Of a stretch of 64,000 bases of DNA, positions 37,467 to 47,992 are shown one piece after another. Every line of letters starts with the position of its first letter. The stretch's first letter is position 1. The position numbers and the translations under genes are program-made. The DNA comes from an uncultured Verrucomicrobiae bacterium (GTDB lineage Bacteria; Verrucomicrobiota; Verrucomicrobiia; Chthoniobacterales; JAFAMB01): the NCBI GenBank assembly GCA_963837955.1, contig CAWIPH010000002.1, forward strand, positions 3,744,001 through 3,808,000, read 5' to 3'. The notes below the pieces were generated by a model. The model saw only the letters and a list, made by a program, of their open reading frames with translations, did not search any database and was not told the DNA's origin.

Positions 37467-40358
37467 ATGGCTGCGGAGAAGATTCGCATTGTAGGTGCGC
37501 GCCAACATAATCTTAAAGGGATAGACGTCGAAATTCCGCGCGAAAAATTGGTGGTAATCACCGGAATGAGCGGATCCGGCAAGTCTTCTCTCGCGTTCGA
37601 TACGCTTTATGCGGAGGGGCAACGCCGTTACGTAGAAAGCCTCTCTGCCTACGCTCGACAGTTCCTCGACAAGATGGAGAAGCCGGACGTCGATTTCATC
37701 GAAGGCCTGTCTCCGTCCATCGCAATCGAACAACGCAGCTCGATCGCTAATCCTCGTTCGACTATCGCGACCACGACCGAAATTTACGACTATCTGCGCA
37801 TTTTGTTCTCTGCGATCGGACAACCGCACGACCCGGCTACCGGCGAAAAGGTCTTCAAACAAACGCCGCAGCAAATCGTCGACCAAATCCTCTCTTACCC
37901 AGAAGAGACCAAGATCCTCGTAATCGCGCCGGTGATACGCCAGGAGCAAGGAGAGTTCCGCGACGTACTCGAAAAGATCAAACGAGAAGGATTTGTCCGA
38001 GTGCGGATCGACGGAAACATCCTTGAATTAGCGCGGCCCGAACCGATCCGGCTGACGAAAAATGCCCGACATACGATTGAAGTCGTCGTTGATCGCTTGA
38101 TCGTGCGAGATGGGGTCCGCACTCGACTGGCTGACTCCCTGGATACAGCCTTACGATGGGGAAACAACCGCATCATCATTAGCCGGCAGATCTCCGAAGA
38201 CGATCCCTGGGAAGACATCCCCTACTCGACCGAGTTTTGTAACCCAAGAACCGACTTTCTACTGCCGGAGCTGACGCCCAAGCATTTTTCGTTCAATAGC
38301 CTGGCGGGAGCTTGCCCCACCTGCCAAGGTCTAGGCAGCGTGAGTTTCTTTGATCCGGAATTAGTCATACCGGATCAATCCCGCTCACTTGCCGATGGCG
38401 CCATCGCGCCCTGGCGGAAAGCGACTTCCAGGATTCAAGCTTACCGGCGAGCGCTTTTAGAATCCCTCGTTACGAGCTTCGGCGGAGACCTCCAGACTCC
38501 ATTCGCGGATCTGCCCAAGAATTGTCGAGAAGCAATTCTTTACGGGTCGGGCGACCGAGCAATTTCCTTCCAGTTTGGCTCGAAACCAATCGAGAAAACG
38601 TTCGAGGGCGTCCTGGCTCAGTTAGAACAGCTTTACGAGCAAACTGAGAGCGAATTTACACGATCGCGTTTGAAAGCGTTTCAAGGACGGCGGCTTTGCC
38701 TAGCGTGCCGAGGTGCTCGCCTTCGGCCAGAGATCCTTGCCGTCACCATCCAGGAGAACTCTGGTCGCGAGGTGAATATTCATGACTACTGTCTGTTAAC
38801 CATCGATGAGGCTAAGCGTTTCCTCGAAAATATCTCAGTCTCGAAACATCAGAAGATCGTGGCGGCAGAAGTCCTGCGCGAGATCTGGAACCGAATACGT
38901 TTTCTCGAAGAGGTGGGTCTCGGTTATCTCACGCTAAATCGCGAGAGTGGAACACTTTCCGGCGGAGAGGCTCAACGTATTCGACTCGGCACCCAGATCG
39001 GCTCCGGACTCGCTGGAGTACTTTACGTGTTGGACGAGCCGAGCATCGGACTCCACCAGCGAGACAACGACCGGCTAATTCAAACGCTGAAACACCTGCG
39101 CGATCTGGGGAATACGGTAATCGTAGTAGAACATGACGAAGATACCATCCGCGCTGCCGACTACATTATCGATCTCGGTCCTGGTGCCGGCCCACGCGGA
39201 GGACAAATCGTCGCTGCCGGCGACATCGCCGCAATCGAGGCAAATTCGGATTCTCTGACCGGTCAGTACCTCGCTCGGGCGCTCCGTATTCCAATTCCGC
39301 GCGAACGCATAAAACCTCGCGGGACATTGTACAACGGTGGTATCCCTCCGGATCCCGGAACAGAAGGATGGCTGACTGTCGTCGGCGCGAAGGAAAATAA
39401 CCTGCGGAACTTGAGTGTTTCATTTCCTCTCGGTTGCCTGGTATGCGTGACGGGTGTGTCAGGCAGCGGCAAATCGACGCTGGTCGACGACATCTTGCGA
39501 AAAGCGTTGTTTCGTCATTTCTATCGGTCGAAGGACCGGCCGGGGAACCATGACCGGCTGATCGGTTTGGATCAGGTTGATAAGGCCATCGTCATTGATC
39601 AGAGTCCAATCGGTCGCACTCCTCGTTCCAATGCGGCTACCTATTCCGGGGCCTTCGGTCCGATTCGAGATCTATTTAGTCAGCTTCCCGCCTCTCGGGT
39701 GCGCGGATACGAGAGTGGCCGCTTCAGCTTTAATCTTAAAGGCGGCCGGTGCGAGAATTGTCAAGGCGATGGGGTCATTAGAATCGAGATGCATTTTCTC
39801 GCTGACGTCTACGTCGAGTGCGAGGTCTGCCGCGGATCGCGTTATAATCGGGAGACGCTGGAGATCACCTATCGGGGAAAGAATATCGCCGACATCCTGG
39901 CCATGTCGGTCGATGAAGCAGCGCGTTTCTTTCGGAATGTACCTGCGATCTACGACCGTCTGGAACCGTTGGTGAATGTTGGTTTAGCTTACCTGACCCT
40001 GGGTCAATCCGGAACCCAATTGTCCGGAGGCGAAGCGCAGAGGGTCAAACTGGCAGCCGAACTTGCGAAGAAAGCGACCGGACGCACTGTCTACATTCTC
40101 GACGAACCAACAACTGGTCTCCATTTCGCCGACATTCGCCAACTCCTCGAAGTACTGCTGAAGCTGCGAGACCAGGGGAACACGCTTATCGTCATTGAGC
40201 ATAATCTGGAAGTAATCAAGAGTGCAGATTGGATCATCGATCTCGGACCGGAAGGTGGAGTCAACGGAGGTTGGATCGTTGCTCAAGGGACGCCCGAAAA
40301 AGTCGGGGAGACCGCGACGAGCCATACGGGGCGCTATCTCCGAAAGCTGTTAACATGA
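37467..40358 (+). CDS. uvrA: Excinuclease ABC subunit A
   Basis: GARQHNLK, GMSGSGKSSLAFDTLYAEGQRRYVESLS, two ABC domains with LSGGEAQR, zinc-finger Cys pairs. Confidence 0.99.
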   Translation: MAAEKIRIVGARQHNLKGIDVEIPREKLVVITGMSGSGKSSLAFDTLYAEGQRRYVESLSAYARQFLDKMEKPDVDFIEGLSPSIAIEQRSSIANPRSTIATTTEIYDYLRILFSAIGQPHDPATGEKVFKQTPQQIVDQILSYPEETKILVIAPVIRQEQGEFRDVLEKIKREGFVRVRIDGNILELARPEPIRLTKNARHTIEVVVDRLIVRDGVRTRLADSLDTALRWGNNRIIISRQISEDDPWEDIPYSTEFCNPRTDFLLPELTPKHFSFNSLAGACPTCQGLGSVSFFDPELVIPDQSRSLADGAIAPWRKATSRIQAYRRALLESLVTSFGGDLQTPFADLPKNCREAILYGSGDRAISFQFGSKPIEKTFEGVLAQLEQLYEQTESEFTRSRLKAFQGRRLCLACRGARLRPEILAVTIQENSGREVNIHDYCLLTIDEAKRFLENISVSKHQKIVAAEVLREIWNRIRFLEEVGLGYLTLNRESGTLSGGEAQRIRLGTQIGSGLAGVLYVLDEPSIGLHQRDNDRLIQTLKHLRDLGNTVIVVEHDEDTIRAADYIIDLGPGAGPRGGQIVAAGDIAAIEANSDSLTGQYLARALRIPIPRERIKPRGTLYNGGIPPDPGTEGWLTVVGAKENNLRNLSVSFPLGCLVCVTGVSGSGKSTLVDDILRKALFRHFYRSKDRPGNHDRLIGLDQVDKAIVIDQSPIGRTPRSNAATYSGAFGPIRDLFSQLPASRVRGYESGRFSFNLKGGRCENCQGDGVIRIEMHFLADVYVECEVCRGSRYNRETLEITYRGKNIADILAMSVDEAARFFRNVPAIYDRLEPLVNVGLAYLTLGQSGTQLSGGEAQRVKLAAELAKKATGRTVYILDEPTTGLHFADIRQLLEVLLKLRDQGNTLIVIEHNLEVIKSADWIIDLGPEGGVNGGWIVAQGTPEKVGETATSHTGRYLRKLLT

Positions 40359-42811
40359 GAGCGCTTCTCCTGATCCAAGCGATTACTCTCCTTCTTTTTG
40401 CTGACGGCGAAGTTGCTCTAGGGGACCTTTTTCGGGAAGCAGCTCAGGCCGAAACTGAGGGACTTCCAGAGGTGAGTGTCACGAAGCTCCGACAATTTCT
40501 AGCCGAGAACCCATCCGACTCAAACGTGACTTCGGCGAAGCTGTTGCTTGCGAAATGCTTGCTGCAAATTCGACGACCGGAAGAAGCGCTTACCGTATTG
40601 AACGACGGTTCTCTAAGCTCCGAAGAGGCGCTGCAACTCAAAGCTCAGACCTATCTTCGGGCCCGCCACTGGAACGAAGCAGCCGAATTGTTTCAAAAAA
40701 TCCTAAGCAACACAAAACCGGACGCGGATACAAACGCTCGTTTAGGACTAGCCGAAGCACAGCTGAGAAAAGAGAACAGCAACCAGGCATTGGAAACCCT
40801 CCAGCCGCTACTGGATAGAAGAACGCCGCCCGACTCCAGAGTCATACTGATTGTGGCGGAGATCGAAATGAACCAGGCCAAATTCGACCAAGCTACCACG
40901 ATCCTGGGCCGCCTTTCCGGTGGATCCGACAGCGAACAACTGCAGAAACAGTGTCTGCTTGGGCAAATCGCTCTCCAAACCGACAAGCTCGACGAGGCCG
41001 AAGCCGCCTTCGATCAGGTGATTTCCGCCAATAAAGGTCAAACGGCGCGATTGGTCGAAATTTCCCAACTTGGTCTTGCTCGCGTCGCCATTAAGAAACA
41101 GGAATTCGACGAAGCTGAATCAATAGTCACCAAAGTCATCCACGAGCAGTCCCGAAGCACAATTTTGCCCGAATTGTTTGAAACATTATATTTGGTTTAC
41201 TCCCAGGAACAGTCTCCTGTTCTCACGGCACTCAACCGTTGGGCGCAAGAAGACCCACAAGAAGTAGGACCGGACAGGCCAGCGTTCTCTCTTTATTATC
41301 TGGGAAAATTGCAGATCCGGATGGACTCTAAGGGAAAGGCAGAAACCACCTTTCGCCACCTGATCAACGACTTTCCAACTCACCGGTTAGCGGGCTTAGC
41401 GGCTGTTGCCGTCGCTCGACTCAAGATCGACGAGGGTGCGCCCGATCAAGCCATTCCCGTCCTTACGCAATGGTTAACGAATGGAACAAATAAGCGGCTA
41501 GCGGAGCGTATTCAGGTTCAACAAATCTTGGCCGAAGCCTATTTCCGTCAGGGTAAATTCAGCGAGGCACAAGAGCTTTATATCCAGTTGGCGGGAACTG
41601 ACGCGTCCAATCGGGCCCGACTCCTTTACGACGCTGCGATCTGCGCTCTTCGTTCCGGAGACCGGCAGCAGTATGATTCCGCGGTTCGCGACATGAGTGG
41701 CTCGCCAGATAACCAAACCCTTCTGGGCAATCTGGAAATCGCGCGAGGAACGATTGAAGCAAGAAGCGGCCAAGCCGGTGCCGATAACACCCTCCGGCGC
41801 TTCCTGACTAGCTTTCCTGACCATCCGCAAACCCCGGAAGCTCATCTATTGTTGGCGGAGATCGCCTTTACCGAGTTGCCTTCCAATCATACGACCGCTC
41901 AAAACGAACTGAGGCAAATCGCCGCGAGCAATCCGGAAACCGCTGAAAGCAAGGCGCGTCTCAATTTCTTTGTAATAGCCGATGACCGTCAGCAGAACGT
42001 CGCCGCGGTAGCCCGCGCAGCTCAGGATTTCATCCAACAATACCCCCAATCCGGAGCTCGCGCGGAAATTCGCTTAAAGCTCGGAGAGGTATATTTCCGA
42101 CAAAATGATTTTCCCAACGCTCAGACTCAATTCGAATTGGTTGCAGAAGAGCAACCGGACTCACCTCTGGTCGAGACAGCCTTATTCTTAGCTGGGGAAG
42201 CTGCCCGGAAGAGCTTAAATCCGTCCTCGGTCGACCGTGCCGTCGACCTGTTCGAGGAAGTCTACAAAATGGATGGATCACTTCGTTTCCAGGCTCGCTT
42301 GGAGCAAGCCCTCACTAAAAGACAGATCCAGCAGGGGCGGGAAGCCATTGTCCTGCTCGATGATCTATTGGCTCAAAATATCCCTCAAGAGATCCGCTGC
42401 GAAGCACTAGAGGCCAAAGGGGAATCGCAATTCTCGCTGGGAGCGAAAGATCCATCCCAGTATGAAGCAGCCATCAAGACGTTCGATAGCTTGGCGGCTT
42501 TGGATTCGAACTCGTTAGAATGGCGCCAAAGCGCTTTATACCGAAAAGCAAAATGCTTTGAACAGCTGGGAAAGACAGATGAAGCGCTGGCCACACTGTA
42601 TGATGTCCTGAGCGTCGGTGGCAACACGAGCGACGAACTCTGGTTCTTTCGGGCGGGATTTGATGCAGCCGAGATCCTGGAAGCACGTCGGGCCTGGAAT
42701 TCCGCCGCCGCCGTCTACGAGAAGCTGACTGCCCTCCCCGGTACCCGCTCCGAGGAGGCAAAAAACCGCCTCGAAAAACTTCGCTTGGAACATTTCCTCT
42801 GGGCAGACTGA
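40355..42811 (+). CDS. Secreted tetratricopeptide-repeat protein
   Basis: Signal-like N-terminus and many TPR-like helices (e.g. ARAEIRLKLGEVYFRQNDFPNAQTQFELVAEEQP); ATGA overlap with uvrA. Confidence 0.85.
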   Translation: MRALLLIQAITLLLFADGEVALGDLFREAAQAETEGLPEVSVTKLRQFLAENPSDSNVTSAKLLLAKCLLQIRRPEEALTVLNDGSLSSEEALQLKAQTYLRARHWNEAAELFQKILSNTKPDADTNARLGLAEAQLRKENSNQALETLQPLLDRRTPPDSRVILIVAEIEMNQAKFDQATTILGRLSGGSDSEQLQKQCLLGQIALQTDKLDEAEAAFDQVISANKGQTARLVEISQLGLARVAIKKQEFDEAESIVTKVIHEQSRSTILPELFETLYLVYSQEQSPVLTALNRWAQEDPQEVGPDRPAFSLYYLGKLQIRMDSKGKAETTFRHLINDFPTHRLAGLAAVAVARLKIDEGAPDQAIPVLTQWLTNGTNKRLAERIQVQQILAEAYFRQGKFSEAQELYIQLAGTDASNRARLLYDAAICALRSGDRQQYDSAVRDMSGSPDNQTLLGNLEIARGTIEARSGQAGADNTLRRFLTSFPDHPQTPEAHLLLAEIAFTELPSNHTTAQNELRQIAASNPETAESKARLNFFVIADDRQQNVAAVARAAQDFIQQYPQSGARAEIRLKLGEVYFRQNDFPNAQTQFELVAEEQPDSPLVETALFLAGEAARKSLNPSSVDRAVDLFEEVYKMDGSLRFQARLEQALTKRQIQQGREAIVLLDDLLAQNIPQEIRCEALEAKGESQFSLGAKDPSQYEAAIKTFDSLAALDSNSLEWRQSALYRKAKCFEQLGKTDEALATLYDVLSVGGNTSDELWFFRAGFDAAEILEARRAWNSAAAVYEKLTALPGTRSEEAKNRLEKLRLEHFLWAD

Positions 42812-42813
42812 AC

Positions 42814-44067
42814 ATGATGAAAGCGCATCAGGACCGTACCAGGGTCAGAAGTGGAACTAACCTGGAGCGCGCCCATTTACTGAACCAGCGAGTTGTTTTG
42901 GAAACGGTCCGGCTCAATGAACCGGTATCTCGGATCGAGATCGCACGCCTTACCGGTCTGACCAACCAAACGGTCTTTAACATCGTCGAAGACTTGCAAC
43001 AAATTGGACTCATCCAAAATTTCGGCCGCAAAACGGCTGAGCGCGGCCAGCCTGCGAAGCTCTTCGAGATCAATGCCGACGCTGCGTTCTCTATTGGCTT
43101 GCACATGGAGCGCGATCACATCGCGGCCGTCCTAGTTGATTTCAAGGGGGTGATTCGCTCGCGCACCTATAGAGGGCGGTTCCTATCTACTCCAGAGGAG
43201 GCTCTGAAACAGGTCTACAGCTCGATCAGTGAGTTACGTCGGGCGAACAAACGCCGTCGCATTTGGGGGCTGGGGATCGCGCTACCTGGACCGATAGATT
43301 TTCGTCACGGGAAGGTAGTTTTTTCACCAAATTTTCCCGGATGGGAACGAATTAACGTTCAAGACTACTTTAAAAAGAAGACCGGTTTGCGAGTTTTGAT
43401 CGACAACGATGCAACGGCCGCAGCAATCGGTGAAAGTTGGTACGGCGCAGGTCGCCACCTGGACAGTTTTGTTTACATTTACGTGGGAGTGGGTGTGGGC
43501 AGTGGAATCGTCGTAAACGGGCGTCCTCATCGTGGTTTTCGGGGAGGTTCCGGGGAGGTTGGCCATATCATGGTCGATAGAGGCAGGAACGCTAAGTTGT
43601 GCGGTTGCGGGAAAAAGGGCTGCCTAGAAGCCTATCTTTCGCTAACCGCTTTATCGCTACATCTGACGGAGTCCGGAATCGGCTACACTAGTTTGTCGCA
43701 GCTGCTCGAGTTATACGAAGAGAAGAACAAGGTGCTCCTGACTTGGCTAAACGCCGCAGCTTTTTATCTAGCTGAAACAATGGATAACCTTCACCTCTTG
43801 TTCGATCCGGAGGCATTTGTCATTGGCGGTCATTTACCGGGGCCGCTTTTAGCTTTTCTGATTGAGCGTTGCTCCGAAATCGTGGCGAAGACGCGCCGTT
43901 CACAAAAAGGTGAGTTCCCCAGGGTGCTGCAAGGTCAACTGCAAGAGGAAGCGGCCGCTCTCGGAGCTGCCGTCCTCCCTATCGATGACTTAATTGCCCC
44001 CAACTATGAGCGGATTACGAGCGGCGACCATCCTAGCCTGCTCGACATTTGGGATTTCCGGCAATAG
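42814..44067 (+). CDS. ROK family transcriptional regulator
   Basis: N-terminal HTH (SRIEIARLTGLT), GIALPGPID, DNDATAAAIGE, GEVGH..CGCGKKGCLE. Confidence 0.95.
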   Translation: MMKAHQDRTRVRSGTNLERAHLLNQRVVLETVRLNEPVSRIEIARLTGLTNQTVFNIVEDLQQIGLIQNFGRKTAERGQPAKLFEINADAAFSIGLHMERDHIAAVLVDFKGVIRSRTYRGRFLSTPEEALKQVYSSISELRRANKRRRIWGLGIALPGPIDFRHGKVVFSPNFPGWERINVQDYFKKKTGLRVLIDNDATAAAIGESWYGAGRHLDSFVYIYVGVGVGSGIVVNGRPHRGFRGGSGEVGHIMVDRGRNAKLCGCGKKGCLEAYLSLTALSLHLTESGIGYTSLSQLLELYEEKNKVLLTWLNAAAFYLAETMDNLHLLFDPEAFVIGGHLPGPLLAFLIERCSEIVAKTRRSQKGEFPRVLQGQLQEEAAALGAAVLPIDDLIAPNYERITSGDHPSLLDIWDFRQ

Positions 44068-44839
44068 CTTTCGGTCCGGTTTGTCGGTCATAACGGCTAC
44101 ATCGAAAATCATGCCCTCCTGAATACCGGAGGCGGTCGGGCGGTCGGAAATTCCGGCAGGCACTGATCGCGATTACGGGCGGCATCGCGCTGAATCTTTC
44201 AATTTGAAAGAATATTGCTTGCTAACTTCGCACCGTTTCGCTTAGACATGGACGTCCCCCCAATAACTCTCTATTAACACCGAGCGTTTAAAGCCGGCTC
44301 CTGCGAGATGACTGGAACCCCCTTCAGCTCATCGCACAGTGAGCCGGCCCCCCGGGGTGACTAATGCGCAATAATTCTATCTATGAATCGCCCCGCAACG
44401 GATTTCTCATGGGCTCAAAGGGATTTATCACGGATTCGATGCTCCGATATTTTGTTCCGCCGAATCAAGCCGGACCCCATTCTCACCTCGGCTACCCGAG
44501 ATGTAACTCTAAGTGATCCGGATAGTTTCTATTATCCGGCAAACAACCTGGAATTGGGAGTAGTACCAACCTAGATCCGAATTCCAGCATTTAGATCGCT
44601 CAGGCTTACTGCCTGGGAGACTCATTGTTGTCGTCTGCAAGGTCCCCCTTCGAGTCGGTCAAGTTGCTCAGCTAACTAGTATGGCGCGTCAGTTTCCGGT
44701 CGCCCAGAAATGCTCTCGAGCAAGTGGAACATTCCACTTTGATCTCCCCTTTCTTTGAAACCGGTCATCGGCCGGACACGCCGAGGACCCAGCATCAGTT
44801 TCTTCTGTCTTCCATAATTAACCCTAACTAACTCCGTTT

Positions 44840-47416
44840 ATGAAACTAGCCAATCTGCATCGACTAATTGTCGCCGGATTGTCGATCTGCTCGCTTAATG
44901 CGCAAGGTCAACAAAGTCCCGGTGATGTCGAAGCGAGAGTTAACCTAATTCTCTCGCAAATGACGCTCGCCCAAAAACTAAGTTATATCGGAGGCACCGG
45001 CTTCTTCGATTTGAAACCGATCCCCGTTCCAAATCTCAACGTCGCAGTAAATCCCCAAATCTATCAAACCGATGGACCGCTGGGAGTGCGTCGTAATGAG
45101 CCAAGCATCCGTTTCCCTTCCGGGCTCCTCTTAGCCGCTACCTGGAATCGAGACGTGGCCCGAGATCAGGGGATTTCGATGGGCCGGGATACGCGAGCGC
45201 GAGGTTACTTTTCCATTCTTGGCCCCGGTATGGATTTTTACCGTGTGCCGATGGGTGGACGAAATTTTGAATACATGACCGGCGAAGATCCTTATTTAGG
45301 TGCTCAATTGGTTCCTCCTGTCATTCAAGGGATCCAGGCTCAAGGCGTATGGTCCTGCGCAAAACACTACGCCTGCAACGATGAAGAAGAGAACCGTACA
45401 AACGTGCAAATCCTCATCCCCGATGAACGGACCCTTCGAGAGATTTACCTACCGCCATTCGAGGCTGCGGTAAAAGATGGGCATGTTGCGACGGTCATGA
45501 GCGCCTATAACGCGATTAACGGCTATTTCTGCTCGGAAAATTCGTTCCTTCTAACGGATATCTTGAAAAAGGAGTGGAAATTCAGAGGGCTCTTGATGTC
45601 CGATTATAACGCGATTCATAATGGGCTAAACGCTGCTCTGACCGGGTGCGATCTTGATTTGCCGTCAGGCAGTTTCATGAATGCCAATACCCTGCTCCCC
45701 TATATCCCAAGCCCGCTCCGGCTATCGGTCATCGACGATAAGGTTCGGCGCATCTTGCGGGAAGTCATCTCTTTCGGCTTTCTGGATCGTCAGCAGCTGG
45801 ATCCTTCTATTCCGCTGGATGATCCATTTAGTGAGACGGCAGCGCTGAACGTTGCTCGGGAAGGTCTCGTCCTACTCAAGAACGACCGGAACTTGCTCCC
45901 GCTCCAAAAGAGCCAGGTTCGTTCCGTCGCGGTGCTTGGCATAGCCGCGCAGAACGCTCCACCTACGGGATTTGGCAGCTCTTACGTCACACCGATTAAC
46001 TACGTGAGCGAGCTGGATGGAATCAAATCAGCGGCTTCACCAGCGACTAAGGTTGACTTCATTTCCGCATGTACTCTCGATCCGGAGAACTCGGTTTGGG
46101 AATACAGCAATAATGGGGAAATCACACAGGGGCTCCAAGCAGAGTATTTTACTTCAAACGATCTCTCCGGAACACCGGCCGCAACCCGCGTCGATAACCA
46201 GGTCGACTTTGACTGGGATATCGATGCCATACCCGTCGGAACAAACCAACAAGGGTTCTCTGCTCGCTGGACCGGCCAAGTTCGTCCGCAGATAGCCGGC
46301 GATTACGTTTTCAAAATTCGCGGAGACGGCGGTTTGCGGCTCATCGTGAACGGCCAGACACTCGTTGATAATTTCTTTTCACCTGCGCTGCCGCCGGTTG
46401 GTTACGGTCCGACGGTCTCATTCTCTGGGAAGATCGCGCTCCAGGCAGGCCAAGTTTACTCGATCGAAATCGATTACCGGCGCGTCGGAGGATTTTTCGA
46501 TTCCTTCGAGCAAGGCGGACTCACTGGCATTCAAGTTAGCTGGGCTTCCTTACAGCCGCCACCCAACTTCAACAGCTACGATGCTGTCGTCATATGTGCA
46601 GGAATTAACAACGAATACGAGGGCGAAGGCCAGGATCGGCCATTCACGCTGCCAGAGTTTCAAGACGAGTTAATCAAAAACATTGCCACCGTGAACCCGC
46701 ACGCGATTGTTGTCTTTCATGGGGGCGGGAACTTCGACTCGCGGCAGTGGATCAATCAGGTAGGTGGCTTCATCGAGGCCTTCTATCCGGGCCAAAACGG
46801 CGGTCAGGCACTTGGAGAGATATTGTTCGGCGATATCAATCCTTCCGGCAAACTGCCCATCACGATGGAGAAACGCATGGAAGACAATCCGGCGGCAGCG
46901 ACATTCCCGAATCCGGTCAACCAACATCCCGACGCTATCCCTTACAGTGAAGGAATCTTTGTTGGTTACCGGGGTTACGATAAAAATCAAGTGCATCCGC
47001 TATTTCCGTTCGGTTTCGGATTGTCCTACACAAGCTTCTCGTTTTCTGATTTGAAAATTGAGCCGGCCCAATTCACCGGGAGCAGCGATGTTACGGTGAC
47101 GTTTACGGTTACCAATACCGGCAAACGCACTGGCGCGGAAGTTGCCCAACTGTATGTCGGCCAGCAGAATCCGACGATTAGCCGGCCGATCAAAGAATTG
47201 AAAGGTTTTGAGAAAGTATTTCTGCGACCGGGTCAATCTCGAAAAGTAACGTTGAAACTGAATCAACGATCCTTTGCCTATTTTAATGAGACAATAGACA
47301 AATGGGATGCTCTGGCCGGGAAATACGGCGTCCAGGTCGGATCTTCCTCACAGCAAAGTGACCTCAGTTTGCAAGGAACGGTGGATCTGCCTTCTGAGAT
47401 CCTTGCGAACGAATAG
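44840..47416 (+). CDS. GH3 beta-glucosidase-like protein with PA14 insert and Fn3-like domain
   Basis: DGPLGVR, GGRNFEY..EDPYL, KHYACND, LMSDY nucleophile, VLLKN, PA14 (FSARWTG), YSEGIFVGYR, FPFGFGLSY. Confidence 0.95.
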   Translation: MKLANLHRLIVAGLSICSLNAQGQQSPGDVEARVNLILSQMTLAQKLSYIGGTGFFDLKPIPVPNLNVAVNPQIYQTDGPLGVRRNEPSIRFPSGLLLAATWNRDVARDQGISMGRDTRARGYFSILGPGMDFYRVPMGGRNFEYMTGEDPYLGAQLVPPVIQGIQAQGVWSCAKHYACNDEEENRTNVQILIPDERTLREIYLPPFEAAVKDGHVATVMSAYNAINGYFCSENSFLLTDILKKEWKFRGLLMSDYNAIHNGLNAALTGCDLDLPSGSFMNANTLLPYIPSPLRLSVIDDKVRRILREVISFGFLDRQQLDPSIPLDDPFSETAALNVAREGLVLLKNDRNLLPLQKSQVRSVAVLGIAAQNAPPTGFGSSYVTPINYVSELDGIKSAASPATKVDFISACTLDPENSVWEYSNNGEITQGLQAEYFTSNDLSGTPAATRVDNQVDFDWDIDAIPVGTNQQGFSARWTGQVRPQIAGDYVFKIRGDGGLRLIVNGQTLVDNFFSPALPPVGYGPTVSFSGKIALQAGQVYSIEIDYRRVGGFFDSFEQGGLTGIQVSWASLQPPPNFNSYDAVVICAGINNEYEGEGQDRPFTLPEFQDELIKNIATVNPHAIVVFHGGGNFDSRQWINQVGGFIEAFYPGQNGGQALGEILFGDINPSGKLPITMEKRMEDNPAAATFPNPVNQHPDAIPYSEGIFVGYRGYDKNQVHPLFPFGFGLSYTSFSFSDLKIEPAQFTGSSDVTVTFTVTNTGKRTGAEVAQLYVGQQNPTISRPIKELKGFEKVFLRPGQSRKVTLKLNQRSFAYFNETIDKWDALAGKYGVQVGSSSQQSDLSLQGTVDLPSEILANE

Positions 47417-47510
47417 GCGGTTCAAAGGTTAGGCGCCCCTGACAGCAATGGGGTGGCCCGACTTCGCCAGGCCCACGTCACGGCCCAGCCCTATGGCGTT
47501 CGTTTGAAAG

Positions 47511-47536
47511 CACAGCCCCGCAGCCGCGGGGCTGTG
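47511..47536. terminator. GC-rich 11-bp hairpin downstream of the GH3 gene
   Basis: cacagccccgc-agcc-gcggggctgtg; no U-tract on the + strand. Confidence 0.45.
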
Positions 47537-47552
47537 AAAATTGAAGCAATCG

Positions 47553-47780
47553 GTCCCGGAGGGATCCAAATGAAAGTAGCCCAGTACGAAGTGCTGGGGA
47601 ATGATGCAAGTAGAGACGTCCGTCCCGTATGGGACGATAGAAGCGTTTTGGTTCCCGGCCTTTCATATGCGGCTTCACCAGCGTAAAGACCATCGATCGT
47701 CCCTCCGGGACGGCTCGTTTTTTTGAACGTCAACCCAGCACTTCGTGCTGGGCTACTTTCACGATGTCCCTGTCGGGACG
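47553..47780. repeat. Nested palindromic element, same family as 635-866
   Basis: aaagtagcccagtacgaagtgctggg ... cccagcacttcgtgctgggctacttt with gtccc..gggac hairpins in symmetric positions. Confidence 0.82.
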
Positions 47781-47992
47781 GGATCGATTGCTTTATCGAG
47801 TACGGGCAAGAATGGCCGAATCGCGCGACCGTTTCTGCGAAAAATCAACCGCAAGAAAAGGCACCAATTGAAACACGAACGCGGAGCTGCGGACTACAAA
47901 ATACCAATTCAGTCGACCTCCCACCTCCACCCGCGAGTCGTTCCGGCGCGTTTGCAGAATCCGTCGATCTAGCCCAACTTGGTACTCACCGC

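Noticed and set aside
37326..37949. 207-aa - strand ORF
   Set aside because: Antisense shadow of uvrA ending in REP repeats
44187..44690. c-di-AMP (ydaO) riboswitch suggested by GCTGAATC and TCAGCTAAC
   Set aside because: The two motifs are ~470 nt apart and the internal GGAACC/GGGG..AAT core is not in the proper arrangement
47723..47992. N-terminal extension of the aminotransferase ORF
   Set aside because: It runs through a palindromic repeat; family similarity begins at the ATG at 47993
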